From: an uncultured Verrucomicrobiales bacterium
Lineage (GTDB): Bacteria > Verrucomicrobiota > Verrucomicrobiia > Verrucomicrobiales > DEV007
Length of the DNA stretch: 64,000 bases
Assembly (NCBI GenBank): GCA_938091905.1
Contig: CALKOM010000124.1
Span: 1 to 64,000, forward strand
Reading direction: 5' to 3'
This document shows, one piece after another, positions 19,511-29,165 of this stretch. The position numbers and the translations under genes were made by a program. Numbering within the stretch: position 1 is the first letter of the stretch; each line of letters begins with the position of its first letter. Under the pieces are notes generated by a model, which was not told the DNA's origin, ran no database searches, and saw only the letters and a list, made by a program, of their open reading frames with translations.

Positions 19511-20578
19511 ATGAAACTTCCCTCACCGATTCAACGCCGCCAAGGTGGCTTCACCTTGATCGAGCTTCTCGTATCGATCTCTATTCTGATTGTACTCTTG
19601 CTGATGATCTTCTCGATGGTGGATCAGACCCAGCGCACTTGGACGAAGGCGTCTTCTGAGGCAAATCAATTCCGCGAAGCACGTATTGCCTTTGAGTCGA
19701 TCACGCGACGTGTTCGTCAGGCCACCTTGAACACGTATTGGGACTACGAGACGGATGCCCAAGGTCGCCCTGAGGAGTATGTTAGGCAGTCCGAGTTGCA
19801 CTTTACTATGGGTGAGACGGCAAAACTAACACAGCGGCCGGGTGCGGTTTTTCCTGGTCAGTGCGTCTTCTTCCAAGCGCCGTTTGGTTATGTGATTAAG
19901 GAAGAGTACCGCCAATTCTCAGAGCTGATGAATGCCTGGGGCTTCTTTGTCGAGTTTGGCGATGACCGTGAATCTCTTCCGGCCTTCCTCCGAGGGCGCG
20001 TTGCTCCAAAGTTCCGCTATCGCTTGAAGGAGTTTCGTCTCCCTGCGGAGAGTGTGACGATTTATAAGGATGCTGAGGATCGACGCAATAGCGTGTCCTC
20101 ACAGGATAACAAATGGTTCTCTCAGTATATGGGTGGTGGTGCCCAGTCGCTGTTGTTTAAGCGGACACTCGCGGAGAATATTCTAGCGGTGATCTTCACC
20201 CCCATGAAGTCAGCGCCAGCCAAGGGGGCTGCAGCCACTGAAGTCTACTACAAAGAAGGCTTCACCTACAATTCTCGTGAGGGCGTGGGTAAACCAGCTT
20301 CTCAGCGTGGTGAAGGTGAGGACAATACTCATCTCCTTCCATCACTTGTTCGCGTGACTATGATCGCGATCGATGAGCCGTCAGCTGAGCGAGAGGATCG
20401 TGGGGCGCAGCCTCCTTCATTGATTCCGGCTGGCCTATTTAAGAATCCACGGAACCTTGAGCGTGACTTGCGCTTAGTGGAGGAGCAATTGTTAGATCGC
20501 CGGATCAGTAATCGCATCTTCAGCACCACAGTGGCGATGCGCGAGTCCAACTGGTTGCTTCGTGGCGATGATGCCTAG
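19511..20578 (+). CDS. vccC: Verru_Chthon cassette protein C (PilW-like prepilin)
   Basis: GG|FTLIELLVS; QFREARIAFE, QATLNTYWDY, YVRQSELHF, FFQAPFG and LPSLVRVTMIAIDE motifs. Confidence 0.9.
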   Translation: MKLPSPIQRRQGGFTLIELLVSISILIVLLLMIFSMVDQTQRTWTKASSEANQFREARIAFESITRRVRQATLNTYWDYETDAQGRPEEYVRQSELHFTMGETAKLTQRPGAVFPGQCVFFQAPFGYVIKEEYRQFSELMNAWGFFVEFGDDRESLPAFLRGRVAPKFRYRLKEFRLPAESVTIYKDAEDRRNSVSSQDNKWFSQYMGGGAQSLLFKRTLAENILAVIFTPMKSAPAKGAAATEVYYKEGFTYNSREGVGKPASQRGEGEDNTHLLPSLVRVTMIAIDEPSAEREDRGAQPPSLIPAGLFKNPRNLERDLRLVEEQLLDRRISNRIFSTTVAMRESNWLLRGDDA

Positions 20579-20613
20579 CTTGATTGCTCTCATCTGACTT
20601 ACGAAAATTTAAA

Positions 20614-21276
20614 ATGAAGTTTACCATGCGTCACACTCACAAGCTCACACGCGGTTTTACTCTGATCGAATTGATCATCGTGATCACGATCATCGGGATC
20701 ATGATGGCGTTCACGGTTCCAGCCATTACGGGAGCCTTGAAAGCGAACAAGCTTACGCAGTCTTCGGACCTACTGCGTTCGCAGTTGGCCTATGCCCAGC
20801 TCCAGGCGCAGAAAGAGAATGCTCCAATTCAGGTACGTTTCTTCCAATACACGGATCCTACGTTGCCTGGCGGTCGCGATAAGTTCCGCGCTTATCAACT
20901 TTTCCGCCGCAAGGCTTTCGACAAGAGTGCCGTGAACGCTGGCGGTACGAATCAAAACGTTGAGACGATGGAGCCGATTTCTCCCTTGAGAAAGTTGCCG
21001 GCGCCAATTGTCTTTGCTGATAGTGAGCGCGTCTCGACGCTGCTCGGCTTGCAAAAGACACGCGGCGAGGTGCCTTACAAGCGGAACAATCCGCTCGATG
21101 CCCAGTTCGTGGCCTTTGACTTTGAGCCTAGCGGATCGACGAATCTGGGTTCGGCCAAGCAGTGGTATGTGACGCTGGTGGACGAGCGCAAAGAGAAAGG
21201 GGCTGAGATTCCCGATAACTTTGCGACCGTGCAGATCGATCCCTTTACGGGAGCGGTTCGGTTGATCCGTCCATAA
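20614..21276 (+). CDS. vccD: Verru_Chthon cassette protein D (FimT/FimU-like prepilin)
   Basis: RG|FTLIELIIV; QVRFFQY, FEPSGSTNL and NFATVQIDPFTG motifs. Confidence 0.88.
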   Translation: MKFTMRHTHKLTRGFTLIELIIVITIIGIMMAFTVPAITGALKANKLTQSSDLLRSQLAYAQLQAQKENAPIQVRFFQYTDPTLPGGRDKFRAYQLFRRKAFDKSAVNAGGTNQNVETMEPISPLRKLPAPIVFADSERVSTLLGLQKTRGEVPYKRNNPLDAQFVAFDFEPSGSTNLGSAKQWYVTLVDERKEKGAEIPDNFATVQIDPFTGAVRLIRP

Positions 21277-21809
21277 GTAGTGCTGCAGTCGTTCTTGGAG
21301 GTGCTGACTTCGTGATTCGATGAATCCGTAGCGCTTTTTTCGACGATATGATTAGGTAGTGGCGACTACTCCACGCTCATTCAGTTGGCGAGTTCGCAGT
21401 CTCCGCTGACAACAGTGGTGTGCCGGTTACTATCCTAAGAGGATCTCTGGCACGGAGCAGAAGGTCGACATGCGTCGATTGGCCCCATTCCTTCAGTGAT
21501 TTTTCATCTCGGATGCTTGCTTGCGGTTGGCTCGCCACTTGCACACTGGCCTCTATCATCCGCACGGTTTGCCTACTGATATCTAGCCATGAACTTTCCA
21601 ATTCATGCTCAAACGGGCACGCCGAACTTTTAACGAGAAACCGCGCTTCGTTCCAAAGCCCGTTCGAGAATGCGTTCTTTGTGGCATGAGAAGAGCTGAG
21701 AGGCGATCGCGGCGGTAGCGAGAGGATTGTTGCGCACTATCGCGTTGAGGAGCCACAGCCCTAAGTGTTTCCGGCTGGCCTGATAGCGTCCTTGATCCTA
21801 GGATTAGGA

Positions 21810-23007
21810 ATGCGGCGGGCATTCTTCAAGAGCGTGGTGGGAATCGCGGTGCTTCTCTCGTTGCCTTGGAGTGCCTTAGCGCAAGCGCAGGACGATGAGC
21901 AGGCGCTTCAGGCGGGAGCAATGAAGGTTCTCATCGTCTATGATGCTCTCCAACGTATGTATGGGAAACTTTAGGTTTTTTTCCGCTCTAAATTGAATCT
22001 CGCTTAGGGGCTCATGGGGTTCGCTCTCGAGCGTTGGCCTGAGGAATTTCAACTTGGGTTGCTGGTATATGGGTATCGTGGCGGGGGCGCCAGGGGGTGA
22101 TCGCTGTCGCGATATTGAGTTGCCTGTTCCTGTGGCGCCAGGCGCTGCTAGCAAAGTTAGAGGGTTGGTGCGTGGTCTATCGGCCAAAGGGATCACACCT
22201 CCCTCTCGGGCCTTGATACAGGCACACCAACATCCTAACACTGGGACGATATCAGGCTATTTGGTATTGCTCAGCGACGGAAGGGAAAAGTGTGGAGGAG
22301 ATTTGCTAGAGACGGTAAGTCTACTAGCGAGTAAAGGTCGTCAGCTAACTGTCGATGTGTTTAGTCTTGGGCAGATAGAGGAGCAGAACGTGTCGTTTAA
22401 CGAACTAGCTAGCCTTCTAGACGGCCGCTTGTTTGATGTTCGCGATAAAGTGGATGTGAAGACGGTGATGGCGGTGATTGTTCAGCTCCTTGTGAGCCGA
22501 AGCAATCTCTCGGTGACTGCCCATAATCTTTGGGTAAATGACGGCTTCACGGAAACGCCCCTGTCCTGGGAATTTCATGGTGTTGAGGGAGCGCCTTTCT
22601 GGGGGGGAACTTTCACCAAGCCTGCACGTAGGCTGAGTGTGACGCCGGGTCTCTACTGGGTTGTCGCTCAGGTGCCCAAGAAGCGCTATGGTTCTTAGTT
22701 TCATATGCCTAAGAAGAAGCTGGTAGCAATGCGCTTGAGTCTCGAGTTGGGCCATATCGACTTGAATCCGCAAGGAATGACGGCTGTGGGCAAATGAAGC
22801 TATTGCATCCACTCGGCGATGCCTGGGAAGACTCGTGGCGCGGCAATTGTTAGTGGAGTGAATGTCACCGGTAAGCAAGCGATCTCTCTTCCACATGGGC
22901 ACTATCGAGTGATCTTCCAGCGAGCTGGTTCAGGGACACCGTATACTCAAGCGTTGCTTGCTGAGTCTGAACGTCAGCATCTGTATGACTTGGTTTTCAA
23001 ACTGTGA
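21810..23007 (+). pseudogene. Disrupted secreted VWA-domain protein
   Basis: Signal peptide, then KVLIVYDA; TAG; SKLNLA; TAG; QLGLLVYGYR; frameshift near 22080-22100 into CRDIEL...KGITP...LLSDGREKCGGD; further in-frame TAG (22696) and TGA before the tail ending at 23007. Confidence 0.8.
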
Positions 23008-23085
23008 CGAAGTCAGGTGAGTTGAAATTTGGGCTCGCTTCACGGTTCACTTGTTGTAAGAACTTTGTCTTAGAAGGTTCCCGCC

Positions 23086-24600
23086 ATGACGAGTGACTAC
23101 TCGAAATTTGTTCCCGAATTGTTAAAGTCTTACCGAGATCTCGGTGGGCTCAATCAGTGTGATCAGACGAACTTGCCATCGAAGCGAGCGATTGGACAAA
23201 TCTGTGAGGAATTCCTAACGCTGCTCTTTCCGGGCTTCTTCGATAGTGAGGCTGTTCCCGCTTCTGAGCTTGAAATGCTTACCACAGAGCGTCTGGCGGC
23301 GATGAATCGCGAACTTTACAAGCAGATCGCCATGAGTTTTCAGTGCTTGCGTGAAGATTCCGACGACTGTCTCAAGCAGGTTACCAGTGTGGTGACGGAC
23401 TTTCTTGGGACCCTTCCTGAAATCCGCTCACTGCTGAAAACCGATGTAGAAGCAGCTTATGAGGGTGACCCCGCGGCAACCAGCATAGAAGAGATCATCC
23501 TCTCCTATCCATGCATCGAGGCGATTGCGATTCAGAGGTTGGCGCATCAACTGTATCGATTGAAAGTGCCGATCTTGCCTCGAATCATGACGGAATGGGC
23601 GCACTCACAGACCGGAATTGACATTCATCCTGGTGCTACGATCGGCCCTTACTTCTTTATCGATCATGGAACTGGAGTGGTCATTGGCGAAACCTGCGTG
23701 ATTGGCAGTCACGTCAAGATTTATGATGGTGTGACTCTGGGTGCGCGCAGTTTTCCCAAGGACGAGGATGGTCGCATTGTGAAGGGTATCAAACGGCATC
23801 CCGATGTTGAGGATCATGTCACCATCTATGCGAATGCGATCATTCTCGGCGGTGAAACCACGATCGGTGCGAACTCGACTATCGGTGCGAATGCCTTCCT
23901 GATGAATTCGGTTCAGCCCAATTCGTTGGTTGCGCTCGAGGATCTTGATCACAAGATCGTCGTCAAATCGTCGGAAACCAAGAAGGGGAAGGTTTCGACT
24001 AACAAAGTGAAAAATGCGGCAACCTCGGCATCGAAAGAGGTGGTGGTCTTGTTGCCGCGCGGTGTTGATGCCGAGCTGACGGCTTTGTGTCGACAGATGG
24101 CTCGCGAATTGGAGCTACCGCAGTTGGCGAAGCGACTGACGGTCTCGTGGAATGGTCGACTGACCTCGACGGCTGGCAATGCCAACCATCACAACGGACA
24201 GATCACTTTGAATCCCCGTTTGCGAGAGATCTCTGAAACAGAAGTGAGTCGTACCATGCGTCATGAGTTGGCTCACCTGATTGCCTACACGCGAGCGGGG
24301 CGTCGTCGGATTGAACCGCATGGGCCAGAATGGCGACAGGCCTGTGTCGATTTAGGTATTCCAGATGAACCGCGTTGTCACGATCTGCCACTGCCCCGGC
24401 GTCGTCAAAAGCCGAAACATGCCTATCAGTGTCCCAACTGTTTAGAGGTTCTCATGCGCATCCGCCCTCTCAAGCGACATTCGGCCTGCTATGCCTGCTG
24501 CAGCAGCTACAACCGTGGCCGCTACGGTGCTCGCTTTGCCTACGAAACCATCCCGCTCCAACTGGGGATCCAGTTGGCGCAGGAAGCAGAAATCTGTTAG
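23086..24600 (+). CDS. cysE: Serine O-acetyltransferase fused to a C-terminal SprT-like zinc metalloprotease domain
   Basis: AAYEGDPAA, TGIDIHPGA, FIDHGTGVVIGET and KRHP motifs; then WNGRLTSTAG, HELAH, HGPEW, CPNC and CYAC. Confidence 0.85.
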   Translation: MTSDYSKFVPELLKSYRDLGGLNQCDQTNLPSKRAIGQICEEFLTLLFPGFFDSEAVPASELEMLTTERLAAMNRELYKQIAMSFQCLREDSDDCLKQVTSVVTDFLGTLPEIRSLLKTDVEAAYEGDPAATSIEEIILSYPCIEAIAIQRLAHQLYRLKVPILPRIMTEWAHSQTGIDIHPGATIGPYFFIDHGTGVVIGETCVIGSHVKIYDGVTLGARSFPKDEDGRIVKGIKRHPDVEDHVTIYANAIILGGETTIGANSTIGANAFLMNSVQPNSLVALEDLDHKIVVKSSETKKGKVSTNKVKNAATSASKEVVVLLPRGVDAELTALCRQMARELELPQLAKRLTVSWNGRLTSTAGNANHHNGQITLNPRLREISETEVSRTMRHELAHLIAYTRAGRRRIEPHGPEWRQACVDLGIPDEPRCHDLPLPRRRQKPKHAYQCPNCLEVLMRIRPLKRHSACYACCSSYNRGRYGARFAYETIPLQLGIQLAQEAEIC

Positions 24601-24613
24601 TTCATCTAGGGCC

Positions 24614-24958
24614 ATGGACGATCAAGAACGTGCGCAGCTGAAAGACCGCATTCTCGATGAGATTGCCGATACGACTGAGCGCATCATGGGCTTGGAGAAG
24701 GCCACGGAGGCCGTTTCTCCTGATAAAGCGCTGGGGCGTCTGTCTCGGCTTGAAGCCATGAGCGACAAGAGCGTGAATGACGCTGCTTTGGTCGAAGCGC
24801 GTAGTCGGCTTGAACAATTGGAACTAGCACTGACAAAGACGCATCAGCGTGACTTCGGTATCTGCGTCACGTGCCAGAAAGCGATTCCGATCGAGCGTAT
24901 CATGGCATTGCCTCATGCCAATCAGTGTGTGGCTTGTGCGGCGCGAGGGCGGCGTTAG
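24614..24958 (+). CDS. TraR/DksA C4-type zinc finger protein
   Basis: Coiled coil followed by FGICVTCQKAIPIERIMALP...CVAC. Confidence 0.85.
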   Translation: MDDQERAQLKDRILDEIADTTERIMGLEKATEAVSPDKALGRLSRLEAMSDKSVNDAALVEARSRLEQLELALTKTHQRDFGICVTCQKAIPIERIMALPHANQCVACAARGRR

Positions 24959-26037
24959 GCTAAATCTGGAAAGAGCAGAGCAATGGCTTCTTCGTTGGCT
25001 TCGCAGATGCCGCGTTCGGTGATCAAGCCGGTTACGAGATGCCTCGGTGTCACGTCAAACGCTGGGTTCGCAGCAGAGCAGCCTTGCGGTGTGAGGGCGA
25101 TACTTGTTTCCGAGGTCTCATTGCATCGAAGGCCGCTCATGGACGTGACTTCGGATGGTGAGCGTTCTTCGATTGGAATCGCAAAGCCGTCAGAGAGTTC
25201 CCAGTCGAAGGTGCTCGAGGGCAGGGCGACGTAGAAGGGCACGTCATTGTCGCTAGCGGACAGTGCTTTTAGATAGGTACCAATCTTGTTGGCGACATCG
25301 CCAGAGCGAGTGGTGCGATCCGTGCCTGTGATCACCATGTCTACCTTGCCACGCTGCATGAGATGACCACCTGCATTGTCGACGATGAGAGTGTGAGGCA
25401 CCCCGTGTTGTGCCAGTTCCCAGGCCGTCAACCGGGTACCCTGATTGCGTGGTCTCGTTTCATCGACCCAGACATGCACGGGTATCCCAGCGTCGTGGGC
25501 TGCATAGATAGGTGCCGTGGCAGAGCCATGATCGACAAAAGCCAGCCAGCCAGCGTTGCAGTGGGTTAGGATATTCACTGGGCCATCTTTCTGCTCAGCG
25601 TGCTTTTGGATGAGTGGTAGGCCATGTTTTCCGATTTGCGTGCAGGCGGCAGCGTCTTCATCGGCGATGGTGTTGGCAAGCTGAAGGGCGTGGTCGGCCC
25701 AAGCATCTGGAGTGCGTGGGCGGAGGGCGGCGAGCTGGCGTTCGATCGCCCAGTGGAGATTGACGGCGGTGGGGCGGGTTTCAAGCAATTGGGTTGCCAA
25801 GGTTTCTAGCTGATCTGCTGTGTTGGCCTCTCGGGCTGCAAGCCACATGCCGTAGCCAGCCGTCGCGCCAATGCAGCCGGCGCCGCGCACGTGCATGTCA
25901 GTGATGGCGGTGGCCACTTGCTGGACGGTTTCCAAACGTTCGATGGTGCAGTGGAAGGGGAGACATCTCTGATCGATGATCTCTACGTGATCGGTCGACG
26001 CCCAGATGGTTCGGAACGGTTTGCCATCGATGTTCAT
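24955..26037 (-). CDS. mtnA: S-methyl-5-thioribose-1-phosphate isomerase
   Basis: IIDQR, MHVRGAG, RPTAVNL, LTHCNAG, DETRPRNQG, NKIGTY and NPAFDVTP motifs. Confidence 0.93.
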   Translation of the reverse strand: MNIDGKPFRTIWASTDHVEIIDQRCLPFHCTIERLETVQQVATAITDMHVRGAGCIGATAGYGMWLAAREANTADQLETLATQLLETRPTAVNLHWAIERQLAALRPRTPDAWADHALQLANTIADEDAAACTQIGKHGLPLIQKHAEQKDGPVNILTHCNAGWLAFVDHGSATAPIYAAHDAGIPVHVWVDETRPRNQGTRLTAWELAQHGVPHTLIVDNAGGHLMQRGKVDMVITGTDRTTRSGDVANKIGTYLKALSASDNDVPFYVALPSSTFDWELSDGFAIPIEERSPSEVTSMSGLRCNETSETSIALTPQGCSAANPAFDVTPRHLVTGLITERGICEANEEAIALLFPDLA

Positions 26038-26152
26038 GCCTTGTTTTAAAGCGTGGTTCGGATTGTTGAAAGAAAGATTTGAACGTTGTGGTGGACTCCT
26101 TGTCAGAGCGTGGGGTATTCATTTAGTTAGACCAGTTTTCCATATTCGATTC

Positions 26153-27832
26153 ATGACTTTCTATCATCATGGAGCGTTCTGGCTGGCGTGCGTGTTTCTG
26201 TCCGGGGATCTTTGTGCTCAGGGCGCGCTGTCAGGCCAGGGCGTTTCACTACCCATTGCTGTTCAGGGTGAAGGTTCTGGGGGGCATGACTTGTTGTCCT
26301 CGACTAACCAAGGCAACAACGCGTCGCGGGCCGGTCTGCGGTTCCGCGACGCAACCTACATTGAGCGCGCGTCGCTGGTTTCGGTCCTCGATTTGGAGGA
26401 AGGTCACCAGCATCAGGCTGTGTTTAAGGTGAGTTCGCCTCAGGCCGCAACGCTTCGTTTCCAAATGCCGGAGGCGGCTCGTGAGGTGGGGCTTTCTGTC
26501 TATGGCGTGAAGGTGAACCCGGAAATGTCCGGTTCGGAATTGAGCGTCGACCTCGTAGAGCAGTCCTTGACGAAGATTCAGGTCAACTACCGGTCTGCGT
26601 CGATGGATGCACCGACCGCTCTCGATGACGTGCCTGTGGTAGCATCTACGCGTCAGGTTTTTGGCTCGGATGACTTGGGCGTAAGTGATCAATCGGCCGG
26701 CTTTCACTCAAGTCTAACCAGACCTTGGCGGTCGACTGCGCACGTGATGCTGACTATGGATGAGTCCCTGAATTGGGAAATAGTAAGGCAAAGACAATCG
26801 AGCGCACAGGAGCTGAGAAACGTGGTGATGCCACGGCGGGCTGTCGCCGTGGTGGTCGATCAGCATGCGTTGTTCGAGCAGTGGGAGGTGAATCCGGCGG
26901 ATGCAGTTCGCAAGTTGCGGGAGCGCCTGGCCGTGAGTGGAGAACCGGATGGCATGACGCTGTTCTTTCAACTTAAGAAAGGAAGGAACCTTGTCCATGA
27001 TGTTGCCATGGCCTATCAGAACCATCGCATTGCCCTGGCAGAGGAATTACGAAACAAGGCGCTGGGCGTAGCGCAGCGTCAACTGGAAGAGCAAGAGGCG
27101 CTGACGGAAGCGTCGCGGCAACGTTTGGTGGAGATGGCGGAGCGTTATGATATCGATGAGAAGCCGGTGATAATGGGAGATTCGCTAGAAGTGATTGATG
27201 GTATCATTCACGATTCGTATGCTGAGACTCTAGGTGATCTTGAGAAGTGGGAGCAGACCCTGGAAGTAATCGAGGCGATGGACCGGTTGGAGTCCGCGGG
27301 CAGGCCCCGTGCCGCGGTGTCTATCCACGAACTCTCTGGGTCTCGCGTGGCAGAACTTCTGCCTGCCTATCAGAAGCAGGCACTGGTGAAACAGGACCTT
27401 GTGGATCAGGGGTTGGGTCCTAACCATCCTACTGTCCGGGAAGCGGAACTGAAGTTGGTAAGAAGGATGGCTGCGTTACGGGAAGAACACCAGCGGCTGC
27501 AGATGGTTGTAAAGGGTGAGATCAACAAGCTGAGGCGGGAGTTAATACTGATGCGCGCTCGCACAGATAATGATCAAGCGAAGCTTCTCTCTGGAGATCT
27601 GCCGAAGTCCCTAACGGTGCCCTATGGATTCGTGCCGATGTACACGCAAGCACAGGCGGGGTCGTGGCCGGCCTTTGAGCATGTGATCGAGAACCTGGCT
27701 GCGAAGACGCGGGCGGCTTGGCTGAAGGTGGGCGGAGGGATCCTGGCGCTGGTCTTGATTGTGAGTTTGTGTAAGAGACACTTTGCTATTTGGCGTTACT
27801 CAGGCAGTAGAGCGCGTCCTCAGTGCGGATGA
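26153..27832 (+). CDS. Exported coiled-coil protein with a GumC/Wzc-like periplasmic region and a C-terminal TM segment
   Basis: Signal-like N-terminus, long coiled coils, GLGPNHPTV motif and a C-terminal hydrophobic helix. No kinase domain. Confidence 0.5.
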   Translation: MTFYHHGAFWLACVFLSGDLCAQGALSGQGVSLPIAVQGEGSGGHDLLSSTNQGNNASRAGLRFRDATYIERASLVSVLDLEEGHQHQAVFKVSSPQAATLRFQMPEAAREVGLSVYGVKVNPEMSGSELSVDLVEQSLTKIQVNYRSASMDAPTALDDVPVVASTRQVFGSDDLGVSDQSAGFHSSLTRPWRSTAHVMLTMDESLNWEIVRQRQSSAQELRNVVMPRRAVAVVVDQHALFEQWEVNPADAVRKLRERLAVSGEPDGMTLFFQLKKGRNLVHDVAMAYQNHRIALAEELRNKALGVAQRQLEEQEALTEASRQRLVEMAERYDIDEKPVIMGDSLEVIDGIIHDSYAETLGDLEKWEQTLEVIEAMDRLESAGRPRAAVSIHELSGSRVAELLPAYQKQALVKQDLVDQGLGPNHPTVREAELKLVRRMAALREEHQRLQMVVKGEINKLRRELILMRARTDNDQAKLLSGDLPKSLTVPYGFVPMYTQAQAGSWPAFEHVIENLAAKTRAAWLKVGGGILALVLIVSLCKRHFAIWRYSGSRARPQCG

Positions 27833-29129
27833 ATAGCTTGCCTTGGGCCACCGCAGGTGAAGCCATGCAGAAGGCGTCGAGGTTGTTCTCGTTTAGGATG
27901 GTGAATTCGTTGGCGTTGGCATCGAGTACGTAGGTAACGCCGGCTTCACTCAGGCAGAAGACCTTGCCGTTGTAAGCCCAGGGGGAAGACGTGAACGTGG
28001 CCCCCTTTGGGAAACGCACGCGACCGAAGATCTCGGCGCCGGTTTTCGCATGATGGCAGGTCATCATGCCTCGATCTAGAAGAGTGAAGTAGCGCTCATT
28101 GTAGACAATGGGAGAGGTGTTGTACGGCCCCGCTTTGCGCAGGTACCACTGGACGAACTCGTTTGAGGTCTCTTCGTTGTCTTCATCGAGAGAAATGTCG
28201 CCGCTGGCACCAGGCTTAATGGCGAAGACGGGCCGTACTTTGTCAGCGAAGTAGCCAGAGGTGACATAGAGCAGATCGTGGGCGGCAAAGGGTGAAGGAA
28301 TGATTAGATTAGACATCTTCCCACCACATTCCCAGAGAACCTTCCCTGACAGGTCATACGAGCGGATGCGATTCTTGCCGCTGACGACGATTTCAGTGCG
28401 TTGTGCATGTTTCCAAATGAAAGGTGTGGCCCAAGTGCTTTTCTCGTCGCGAGCGGTTCGCCAACGCTCCTTGCCTGTCTTCGTATCGAAGGCAGCAATG
28501 TAGGAGGCCTCGTGATTGTCATACACCACGATGACTTGATTTTCATGGACGACGGGGGACCCAGCGGCACCGTAATCATACATGGTCTTCTTCGCTTCAA
28601 TGTGGTGTTCCCAGAGGACCTTGCCTTCCATGTCGTAACACCACAGGCCAAGATCTCCGAAGAGAACATAAAGTCGCTCTCCATCGGTGGCGGGTGTTTC
28701 CGAGGCGTAGGTACTCTTTGGGTGGCGGCCTACGGGAGGAGAGCCGGTGTGAGCTTCATGTTGCCAGAGTTGCTTGCCTGTCTCGATATCAAAGCACGTG
28801 GTGAGCCAATGATGAGTGCCTTTGGGAATCTCTTGTCTTCCTCGGCCGTTATACAAACCCGCTTTGGGGGCTTCGTTAGCATCAGCCTCGTCGCAAACGA
28901 CCGAAGTTAGAAAGACTCGCTTGCCCCATATGATGGGCGAGGACCAGCCAAGACCGGGGGCGTGCACTCTCCAGTGGACGTTCTCCGTCTTGCTCCAGCG
29001 ATCGGGAAGCCGTGGATCCTCTTGAGCGACACTCATGGCATTGGCTCCACGGAATCGGGGCCAATGCTCCTGAGCCTGCGCCAGGGTGGTGGCGAGGAAA
29101 AGTCCTAAAGCAATGTAGGTGGGTTTCAT
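27786..29129 (-). CDS. PQQ-binding-like beta-propeller protein (BamB-like)
   Basis: Signal peptide, WPRFRG, GWSSP, and repeated TGKxxW blades. Confidence 0.85.
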   Translation of the reverse strand: MKPTYIALGLFLATTLAQAQEHWPRFRGANAMSVAQEDPRLPDRWSKTENVHWRVHAPGLGWSSPIIWGKRVFLTSVVCDEADANEAPKAGLYNGRGRQEIPKGTHHWLTTCFDIETGKQLWQHEAHTGSPPVGRHPKSTYASETPATDGERLYVLFGDLGLWCYDMEGKVLWEHHIEAKKTMYDYGAAGSPVVHENQVIVVYDNHEASYIAAFDTKTGKERWRTARDEKSTWATPFIWKHAQRTEIVVSGKNRIRSYDLSGKVLWECGGKMSNLIIPSPFAAHDLLYVTSGYFADKVRPVFAIKPGASGDISLDEDNEETSNEFVQWYLRKAGPYNTSPIVYNERYFTLLDRGMMTCHHAKTGAEIFGRVRFPKGATFTSSPWAYNGKVFCLSEAGVTYVLDANANEFTILNENNLDAFCMASPAVAQGKLFIRTEDALYCLSNAK

Positions 29130-29165
29130 GATATCGTTCTACCAAGGGTTGTCTCGAAGACAATC

